DNA of 4,305 nucleotides from a virus (Duplodnaviria; Heunggongvirae; Uroviricota; Caudoviricetes): IMG/VR virus record IMGVR_UViG_2582580934_000008, positions 1 to 4,305 of that record; one strand, 5' to 3'. Shown piece by piece: positions 1 to 4,305 of this stretch (position 1 is its first letter; each line of letters starts with the position of its first letter). The notes under the pieces were generated by a model. It saw only the letters and a program-made list of their open reading frames with translations, ran no database searches and was not told where the DNA came from. The position numbers and the translations under genes were made by a program.

Positions 1-993
1 CTAATCGATGGACAGTTTATGGACACTTTCAGCCAGCGGATTAAAGTTGATCGCGTCCTGTAAAAAGTCCGGCGAAAAATGAGCGTACGTCATTGTTTGC
101 TGAATCGTTGCGTGCCCCAGGATTCGTTGCAACGTAACAATATTTCCGCCATTCATCATAAAGTGTGTGGCAAACGTATGACGCATGACATGCGTAGCCT
201 GCCCCTTCGGCAAATCCGGTTTCACCTCCTGAAGAATCTCCCGGAACTTCAGATAATCAACCTGATACAATAACCCCGTTCGACGGGTTTTAATCAGAGG
301 CACGACCGAATCCGCCACAGGAACCGAACGGGATTTTCCGTTTTTGGTGTTAAAGAACGTCACCCGGTTGCCAACGATATGCTCTCCACGTAGTTCCGAT
401 GCTTCACTCCATCGGGCACCAGTAGAAAGACACAGAATGGCAACACGACGCGCATCACCCTCCAGTCGCTCAAGAAGCCGTTCAATCTCATCATCAGAAA
501 GAAAGGCCATCTCTGTGTTCTGAACTTTCAGTTTTCGTATACCGCGTACAGGGTTCGCGTTGTGAAAGACCTCAGCTTCAATCAGCACCGTGAACATGGT
601 AGACAGTACGCATAAGTCACGATTAATACTGGACGGCATTAATCCGGCCTGTAATTTCTCTGACCGATATTCAAGCATAAATTTTCGCGTCATCTGACTG
701 GCGCGAGGATCTCCCATTTCACGAACAACCTTCCCTAGCCTAACCCTGTAGCTATCCCCGTAAGCCTGATTACGCCCATCAAGCATCCACCACGCATCAA
801 GCAGCTCTGATAATCGCCGCTGATCAGCTGGCTTAGCCTGCCATGGCTTGTCATGAAAGTTCTGTAACACATACTTCTCAAACTCCTGAGCCTTTGATTT
901 CAGGGCAAAGATTTTTCGAATCCGCTTTCCTTCCGCCCCCTGCGGTCTGACATCGACCTGATAACGTCCGTCTTTGAGTTGCTTAATCGACAT
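1..993 (-). CDS. int: P2-family tyrosine recombinase / phage integrase (330 aa)
   Basis: Minus-strand ORF whose N-terminus (MSIKQLKDGRYQVDVRPQGAEGKRIRKIF) and C-terminus (HVMRHTFATHFMMNGGNIVTLQRILGH...YAHF) match my recollection of P2 Int, including the R...H-x-x-R...Y catalytic signature. I place the start at the ATG at 991-993, preceded by SD GGAGGGG (complement of 1000-1006) with a 6-nt spacer; the ORF track's TTG at 1006-1008 lies upstream of that SD. Stop TAG is the complement of 1-3. Sits downstream of the repressor on the same strand, as in the P2 C-int operon. Confidence 0.9.
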   Translation of the reverse strand: MSIKQLKDGRYQVDVRPQGAEGKRIRKIFALKSKAQEFEKYVLQNFHDKPWQAKPADQRRLSELLDAWWMLDGRNQAYGDSYRVRLGKVVREMGDPRASQMTRKFMLEYRSEKLQAGLMPSSINRDLCVLSTMFTVLIEAEVFHNANPVRGIRKLKVQNTEMAFLSDDEIERLLERLEGDARRVAILCLSTGARWSEASELRGEHIVGNRVTFFNTKNGKSRSVPVADSVVPLIKTRRTGLLYQVDYLKFREILQEVKPDLPKGQATHVMRHTFATHFMMNGGNIVTLQRILGHATIQQTMTYAHFSPDFLQDAINFNPLAESVHKLSID

Positions 994-1062
994 GATTAGC
1001 CCCTCCAACGGATAAATTAACTAAACACTCCTTGCGATATGTAATTCGCTCAATGTGTAGAG

Positions 1063-1404
1063 TCAGCCAACATTGCGGCCTGATCGGGGTGATTTTTGGG
1101 TAATACCGATTGAAACCTGATCGCCCTCCGACTGAATAGATCCATCAAGAGAGAGAGCCGGAGCAATCTGCCCGGCGACAGGTAGCGTCTTATCTTTTAT
1201 TAGCCACAGCATGTATTTTTCAAAGCGATCGACTTGCAGAACCGCCTCAACGATTTTTGCTCTAGCGTTCTTTTGCCCCGATTCGTAATTCCTTATGGTT
1301 GCCAAAGACAACCCAGTAATATCCGCAAACTGCTTTTGTGTTAACCCTTCCGCCTTACGTATCTGACGTAACTTTTTTGCATAGTCTATTGACAAGATAA
1401 CCAT
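1063..1404 (-). CDS. C: P2 C-type immunity repressor (113 aa)
   Basis: Minus-strand ORF with LTQKQFADITGLSLATIRNYESG and FEKYMLWL...GQIAPAL segments that match recalled P2 C repressor (99 aa). Start taken at the second in-frame ATG (complement of 1402-1404), preceded by AGAGG (complement of 1416-1420); the track's longer version starts with 18 extra codons running into the promoter region. Lies between int and a divergent cox-like gene, the P2 synteny. Confidence 0.85.
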   Translation of the reverse strand: MVILSIDYAKKLRQIRKAEGLTQKQFADITGLSLATIRNYESGQKNARAKIVEAVLQVDRFEKYMLWLIKDKTLPVAGQIAPALSLDGSIQSEGDQVSIGITQKSPRSGRNVG

Positions 1405-1415
1405 TTGAGTATTAA
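1389..1415 (+). promoter_or_regulatory. Candidate rightward early promoter (Pe-like): -35 TTGACA 1389-1394, -10 TATTAA 1410-1415
   Basis: Perfect -35 hexamer on the plus strand; best -10 is TATTAA with a suboptimal 15-bp spacer (ATTAAC at 16 bp is the alternative). Orientation and position fit the early promoter driving cox in P2-like phages. Not experimentally verifiable from sequence. Confidence 0.4.
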
Positions 1416-1449
1416 CCTCTCGCACAAAGATAACCGTTTGATTATCTTT
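1393..1449. promoter_or_regulatory. Operator-like repeat cluster: direct repeats CAAGATAACC (1393-1402) and AAAGATAACC (1426-1435), plus inverted partner TTATCTTT (1442-1449)
   Basis: Two 8-bp identical direct repeats AGATAACC, centre-to-centre 33 bp, flank the candidate Pe -10. AAAGATAA (1426-1433) and TTATCTTT (1442-1449) form an inverted repeat with an 8-bp spacer that overlaps the candidate Pc -10. A partial copy GGATAACA (1500-1507) overlaps the cox-like RBS. P2 C is known to bind direct repeats flanking the Pe -10; assigning these particular repeats as the operator is inference. Confidence 0.45.
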
Positions 1450-1472
1450 ACAAACCAAAACAAACCATCACA
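1441..1472 (-). promoter_or_regulatory. Candidate leftward repressor promoter (Pc-like): -10 GATAAT on minus strand (plus coords 1441-1446), weak -35 (TGATGG or TTGTGA, ~1464-1472)
   Basis: Minus strand reads ...ttgtgatggtttgttttggtttgtaaaGATAATcaaacgg... upstream of the C start. The -10-like hexamer is good but the -35 is poor or has an 18-20 bp spacer. The implied start site would overlap the Pe transcript by roughly 10-15 nt (face-to-face, as described for P2). Confidence 0.25.
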
Positions 1473-1508
1473 AGGCGCGACAAGCGCACCAACGCAAGAG
1501 GATAACAA

Positions 1509-2030
1509 ATGCGGGACTTCATTGCCGATAAAGAGTTATCTGACCACCAACCACTTCAGGAAAGTGACGCACTCAGCGGATCCATTGATGCCGCCAACGA
1601 CGACGAACACGAAGAAAACAAGAAAAAGCGTTCCTACAAAAAAGGAGCGACTTTACGGCTGGATGGTCCGATCGCCGGGCTTTGCTCTCTGGAAAAAGGC
1701 GCGGCATATATTGGGCTAACAAAATCTGCACTGCGCGTAGCCATTCATCGCGGTCAAATGCCGGGACACAAGACGCGCACAAACCCGGAAGATGAAAACT
1801 CAGACGGAGTATGGTGGTTTAACGCCAAAGAGTGGGACGCACTGGCTGACGAGCTACCGGAACTTGAGCCACCAGAATGGCACAACTGGAAAAGTTACTG
1901 GACGTATGACCGCCAGAAAAGAAAGTTCTTTCCAGCTAATAAAGAAGACTGCCAGACCATTAACGGTAAGCGAGTTTATACAGGCAGAAGTTCAAAGCTG
2001 GAGCGACTCAAAAGCAGCGAAGGCAACTAA
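1509..2030 (+). CDS. cox: Cox/Apl-like excisionase-type DNA-binding protein with N- and C-terminal extensions (173 aa)
   Basis: First rightward gene after the switch region; ATG 1509 preceded by AAGAGG (1496-1501) with a 7-nt spacer. Residues ~60-105 (AAYIGLTKSALRVAIHRGQMP ... DGVWWFNAKEW) resemble the recalled P2 Cox helix-turn-helix segment (IGKSTGAVRRMIDKGKLP ... EYWVYLPAWN). It is ~80 aa longer than canonical Cox, with an acidic N-terminal ~45 aa and a Trp-rich C-terminal tail. Confidence 0.65.
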   Translation: MRDFIADKELSDHQPLQESDALSGSIDAANDDEHEENKKKRSYKKGATLRLDGPIAGLCSLEKGAAYIGLTKSALRVAIHRGQMPGHKTRTNPEDENSDGVWWFNAKEWDALADELPELEPPEWHNWKSYWTYDRQKRKFFPANKEDCQTINGKRVYTGRSSKLERLKSSEGN

Positions 2031-2040
2031 ACACACAAAA

Positions 2041-2247
2041 ATGACCAGCAATATCATCAGCGCCATTCTGAACCTTGTATTCCTGGAAGTGGGTGTAATA
2101 GCGATTTATCTGCTTAACAAGCTAACAGGACAAAAAGAGCGCTTTATTGTTCTCAACGTTCATTACCTCGCCGCCTATACCAGAGGTCTTTTCCCGACCA
2201 CTATTGGCGCGGTGCTCATAGCGTTTGTTATTTGGCTTATCGGGTAG
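2041..2247 (+). CDS. Small predicted two-helix membrane protein (68 aa), unknown function
   Basis: ATG 2041 lies 10 nt after the cox-like stop. The product MTSNIISAILNLVFLEVGVIAIYLL...LFPTTIGAVLIAFVIWLIG has two hydrophobic helices separated by a short basic loop. The SD is weak (GAAGG 18 nt upstream). The same frame is open back to an ATG at 1906, which would overlap cox-like by 125 nt; I judge that less likely. Confidence 0.5.
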   Translation: MTSNIISAILNLVFLEVGVIAIYLLNKLTGQKERFIVLNVHYLAAYTRGLFPTTIGAVLIAFVIWLIG

Positions 2248-2258
2248 AGGCACAAAAA

Positions 2259-2405
2259 ATGAATAAGCAACAGCAAAACAGCGAACCCCATCACATGAGG
2301 TTTCGCCGTAGATACTTCAAAAATGGACGTTATGTAGGATGCATCAATCGATTAGCCAAACAAGTGTTTAAAAGCAAAGGAGATACCTGTGGTAAGTGCA
2401 GATGA
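2259..2405 (+). CDS. Possible small basic Cys-containing ORF (48 aa); may be spurious
   Basis: ATG 2259 preceded by GAGG (2247-2250) with an 8-nt spacer. Product MNKQQQNSEPHHMRFRRRYFKNGRYVGCINRLAKQVFKSKGDTCGKCR; ends at TGA 2403-2405. Overlaps the 3' end of the minus-strand gene by 54 nt. Below the ORF-track length cutoff; no independent support. Confidence 0.2.
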   Translation: MNKQQQNSEPHHMRFRRRYFKNGRYVGCINRLAKQVFKSKGDTCGKCR

Positions 2406-2792
2406 GGCGGTGCTTTTTATTGCATCTATCGCCCCACTCTTGGTTGCATCGACAAGTTTATCTCCAAGCGATTGCTTAAGTGACTCTGGATCAAGTTTCA
2501 ATAATTCAAGTCCTTTAGCCGTAAGTACCGCCTTATCGAAACTTTCAAAAGGAACAGCATCAGCAGATACATAACCAGCAGCAATAAGCCACTCAATGGA
2601 GTAATAACGAAGAACAAGAGCTTCATGTTTTTGCTTTCTGACCGCCGGGTCCTTCTCTTCAAACGTTGGAGCGGAAACACCGGTTAAAGCACAAACATCA
2701 ATGGTTACTTTTCGGGGAAATGACTCATAAAGAAACGCAAAAGTTTTACCAACAGTTTCATTAAAAACATCAATATTTGAAGGTGTTGCCAT
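2352..2792 (-). CDS. Hypothetical protein (146 aa), encoded on the opposite strand to the early operon; candidate accessory (moron) gene
   Basis: Only substantial ORF across 2352-2792; its single ATG (complement of 2790-2792) is preceded by GAGG (complement of 2799-2802) with a 6-nt spacer; stop TAA is the complement of 2352-2354. Product MATPSNIDVFNETVGKTFAFLYESFPRKV...GISFAFKHLFG has ordinary protein-like composition. The 83-residue extension in the ORF track (to 3041) is Ser/Cys-rich and is the antisense of the 69-aa gene, so I exclude it. Low GC (~35-40%). No recognisable motif. Confidence 0.65.
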   Translation of the reverse strand: MATPSNIDVFNETVGKTFAFLYESFPRKVTIDVCALTGVSAPTFEEKDPAVRKQKHEALVLRYYSIEWLIAAGYVSADAVPFESFDKAVLTAKGLELLKLDPESLKQSLGDKLVDATKSGAIDAIKSTASSALTTGISFAFKHLFG

Positions 2793-3000
2793 GGATAACC
2801 TCACACAGACAAAAGAAACAGCCATAAAAGAACTATATGACGATTTACGTTCCATCATTACACAACAAAAATCAGGTCGGCTAGACCCTACACGAGCAAA
2901 AGCCGCATGGGAAGTGGCACTGGCCAACCGGGATACTGGAGTAATTAGTGAAGTTATGGCCGAAGTAATTTTTAAACTTACAAGAAACATCGGACTGTAG
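2791..3000 (+). CDS. Hypothetical small protein (69 aa)
   Basis: ATG 2791 preceded by AGGTG (2781-2785) with a 5-nt spacer; the only ATG near the start of the frame. Product MDNLTQTKETAIKELYDDLRSIITQQKSGRLDPTRAKAAWEVALANRDTG... is charged and likely helical. Low GC like the neighbouring minus-strand gene. Confidence 0.6.
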   Translation: MDNLTQTKETAIKELYDDLRSIITQQKSGRLDPTRAKAAWEVALANRDTGVISEVMAEVIFKLTRNIGL

Positions 3001-3029
3001 ATCTTCAACACATTGAGGCAAGTCGGAAT

Positions 3030-3371
3030 ATGAAACAGCAACGTAATTCACGCTTTCGTAATGGTGCTGAACGCCACGCTAACCGTTTCGCTACCAGTGC
3101 ATCACGCAGTAACATCCGCTACAGCCTGAGCGAAACACACGCAACACCGGATGGCCACGCTGTAAAACAAATCGGCGAGCATGCCTGGCTGATTGAGAAA
3201 GCTGGAATCGTGGTCCACAAATGCCCACGCAATCCGTTTACCGGAAACCGCATTTTTGCATTGAGCTGCGGCGACAATCACTTCGGGCAGGATTTCACAT
3301 TATACGAAGCACTTCGCACGGTTGATCGTCTGCTTCGCGGGCAAAGTTTTATTAAACAGGCTGATTTATAA
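3030..3371 (+). CDS. Hypothetical protein (113 aa), putative early-operon gene
   Basis: ATG 3030, 29 nt after the previous stop; GC ~55%. Product begins with a basic segment (MKQQRNSRFRNGAERHANRF) and contains HKCP...SCGDNH. No family recognised from memory. Confidence 0.65.
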   Translation: MKQQRNSRFRNGAERHANRFATSASRSNIRYSLSETHATPDGHAVKQIGEHAWLIEKAGIVVHKCPRNPFTGNRIFALSCGDNHFGQDFTLYEALRTVDRLLRGQSFIKQADL

Positions 3372-3381
3372 CAGGTGCTTT

Positions 3382-3699
3382 ATGACCAAAGAGCATGCAC
3401 AAGGTGTATTTATCCGTTTTATTGATTTTCGCGGTGAACTGTTATTACGTGCATCCGCTATTGATGGAGTGACTCCGGCGGGTAAAAACGCATCAGCCAT
3501 TGACGGAGTTGTTCCATCCGAAAAAAACGCAGCTACTTACGTTTATCTGAACGGTACGAGCCTGACTGTGGAGCTTCCGTACCAGACCGTACGAGAAATC
3601 ATTAGCGAAGCTGAAAAGGCACGTCAGGTTAATGGCGATGAACCCTATACCGAAATTATTTGTATGGATTCAGAAGCTGAAATTCAGAAAGCAGATTAA
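3382..3699 (+). CDS. Hypothetical protein (105 aa) containing an internal 13-aa tandem repeat
   Basis: ATG 3382 preceded by AGGTG (3373-3377), 10 nt after the previous stop. The track's start at 3322 is a TTG and overlaps the upstream gene by 50 nt, so I reject it. Acidic C-terminus. Confidence 0.65.
   Translation: MTKEHAQGVFIRFIDFRGELLLRASAIDGVTPAGKNASAIDGVVPSEKNAATYVYLNGTSLTVELPYQTVREIISEAEKARQVNGDEPYTEIICMDSEAEIQKAD
3451..3528 (+). repeat. In-frame imperfect tandem duplication, 2 x 39 bp (ASAIDGVTPAGKN / ASAIDGVVPSEKN)
   Basis: Units 3451-3489 and 3490-3528 align codon by codon with 11 mismatches in 39 nt, about half at third positions. Confidence 0.8.
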
Positions 3700-3710
3700 A
3701 GGGCGTTGCG

Positions 3711-3953
3711 ATGGGCAAAGAATATAAAACTCTCATTAACAAAGCACTTGAGCGATTTTATTTTCGCTTAAGTGCATCAGGCGCTCATGCTGAACGTGCA
3801 GCCCGTGACTCATTGACCAGGGCAATCCGGAGTTTGTATGACGTTGCTTTTTACGCTGATGATCTGGATGCACTTAACGAACTTTCCGAGCTGATCTGTG
3901 CCGCAGAATGCGGGGAACATATTGAACCGTATAAGCTGGGGAATATCGCATGA
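3711..3953 (+). CDS. Hypothetical protein (80 aa)
   Basis: ATG 3711 preceded by AGGG, 11 nt after the previous stop. Product MGKEYKTLINKALERFYFRLSASGAHAERAARDSL... is helical and charged. Confidence 0.6.
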   Translation: MGKEYKTLINKALERFYFRLSASGAHAERAARDSLTRAIRSLYDVAFYADDLDALNELSELICAAECGEHIEPYKLGNIA

Positions 3954-4063
3954 GTATATTTATCTCATGGCTTGTTCTGATTATTTCTGTGGCCTGCGCC
4001 ATTGGGATTATGCGAATTATTCATTCAGTAAAAAAGATTGAACGCTTTTTCACTGGCGAATAA
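3950..4063 (+). CDS. Possible translationally coupled small hydrophobic peptide (37 aa)
   Basis: Its ATG (3950-3952) overlaps the upstream stop TGA (3951-3953) in an ATGA arrangement. Product MSIFISWLVLIISVACAIGIMRIIHSVKKIERFFTGE has one predicted transmembrane helix and a basic tail. Short, so confidence is limited. Confidence 0.35.
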   Translation: MSIFISWLVLIISVACAIGIMRIIHSVKKIERFFTGE

Positions 4064-4149
4064 CAGAGCAAATAAAACCACAGGTTAAATAAGAAAATGT
4101 AAAAACAATCCGCATTCGCGGAGGTATTCGCATACGCCAAGGAGGCGTA

Positions 4150-4305
4150 ATGGCAATTAAGCATTTTCCTGTCGTTCGTTTTACCTCCAGAGGACGTGAA
4201 TACGAAGTCGACGAACGCCTGATTACCACAATCGACAAACACCGTTCAGAAAAGGATGCACATCACATCTATCTCACTGACGGCACTTACTTCTGCGCCA
4301 CGAAT
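4150..4305 (+). CDS. Hypothetical protein, 5' part only (runs off the window end)
   Basis: Strong SD AAGGAGG (4139-4145) with a 4-nt spacer to ATG 4150; frame open to the window end (52 codons: MAIKHFPVVRFTSRGREYEVDERLITTIDKHRSEKDAHHIYLTDGTYFCATN). Identity not recognised; could be the start of a larger early or replication gene. Confidence 0.6.
   Translation, partial: MAIKHFPVVRFTSRGREYEVDERLITTIDKHRSEKDAHHIYLTDGTYFCATN

Noticed and set aside
1-60. Phage attachment site (attP/attL core) near the integrase 3' end
   Set aside because: The window begins at the integrase stop codon, so the region where the att core would lie is outside the window.
79-273. Plus-strand 64-aa ORF
   Set aside because: Lies entirely inside the integrase gene on the opposite strand; antisense shadow ORF with no SD and Ser/Leu/Arg-rich composition.
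994-1008. TTG start giving a 335-aa integrase (ORF track 1..1008)
   Set aside because: The 15 nt upstream of the ATG at 991-993 contain the SD GGAGGGG itself, and the ATG start gives the MSIKQLKDGRY N-terminus expected for P2-family Int.
1405-1719. Plus-strand 104-aa ORF spanning the switch region and the 5' part of cox-like
   Set aside because: Starts inside the promoter/operator region without an SD, is out of frame with the well-supported cox-like gene, and has low-complexity T/K/P-rich composition.
1573-1782. Minus-strand 69-aa ORF
   Set aside because: Antisense to the cox-like coding region; Arg/Cys/Trp-rich shadow-frame composition.
1792-2040. Upstream part of the plus-strand 151-aa ORF (alternative start at ATG 1906 for the membrane protein)
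   Set aside because: Would overlap the cox-like gene out of frame by more than 125 nt; the ATG at 2041 just after the cox-like stop is the more economical start. Kept as an open question under the cox-like finding.
2248-2351. Intrinsic terminator downstream of the minus-strand gene or the membrane-protein gene
   Set aside because: Only short palindromes (ATGCAT, ATCGAT) and A/T runs without a preceding GC-rich stem were seen; no convincing hairpin plus U-tract.
2389-2680. Plus-strand 61-aa ORF (2389..2574) and minus-strand 60-aa ORF (2498..2680)
   Set aside because: Both are alternative-frame shadows of the 146-aa minus-strand gene, with Ser-rich or Leu/Arg-rich composition and no SD.
2793-3041. 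N-terminal 83-aa extension of the minus-strand ORF (track 2352..3041)
   Set aside because: It is the antisense of the 69-aa plus-strand gene, with Ser/Cys-rich composition, and there is a good SD at the internal ATG at 2790-2792.
3322-3381. TTG-initiated longer version of the 105-aa gene
   Set aside because: Overlaps the upstream gene by 50 nt and uses TTG; the ATG at 3382 has an AGGTG SD and sits 10 nt after the upstream stop.
4064-4149. Promoter or terminator in the 86-bp gap before the gene at 4150
   Set aside because: AT-rich with repeated ATTCGC, but no hexamer pair with proper spacing and no stem-loop plus T-tract that I could support by eye.
4021-4242. Minus-strand ORFs of 73 aa (4021..4242) and 62 aa (4050..4238)
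   Set aside because: They overlap the strong AAGGAGG-ATG start at 4150 and the coupled 37-aa ORF on the plus strand; aromatic- and Cys-rich shadow-frame composition with no SD.
1-4305. CRISPR array, tRNA or rRNA, or IS/transposase
   Set aside because: No regularly spaced direct repeats, no tRNA-like cloverleaf candidates and no transposase-like ORF or terminal inverted repeats were seen; the only tandem repeat is the in-frame 39-bp coding duplication at 3451-3528.

Overview
This window reads as the immunity/integration end of a P2-family temperate phage (most likely a prophage). Family calls rest on recalled P2 Int, C and Cox sequences plus synteny; no database search was possible. On the minus strand are a tyrosine integrase (1..993) and a P2 C-type repressor (1063..1404). 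A ~104-bp switch region (1405..1508) follows, with candidate face-to-face promoters and AGATAACC operator-like repeats. The rightward operon opens with a Cox-like gene (1509..2030) that is about twice the canonical length. The most unusual stretch is a low-GC island (~2041..3000; ~35-43% GC in hand-counted 60-nt blocks versus ~50-57% in the flanks). It holds a small two-helix membrane protein, a 146-aa gene of unknown function on the opposite strand to the early operon, and a divergent 69-aa gene whose ATG overlaps the 146-aa gene's ATG inside a CCATGG palindrome. This island is the best candidate for an undescribed accessory (possibly lysogen-expressed defence or exclusion) module, but its function cannot be read from sequence alone. 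Downstream are higher-GC small rightward genes (113, 105, 80 and 37 aa) and the start of a further gene at 4150. No rRNA, tRNA, CRISPR array or IS element was seen.
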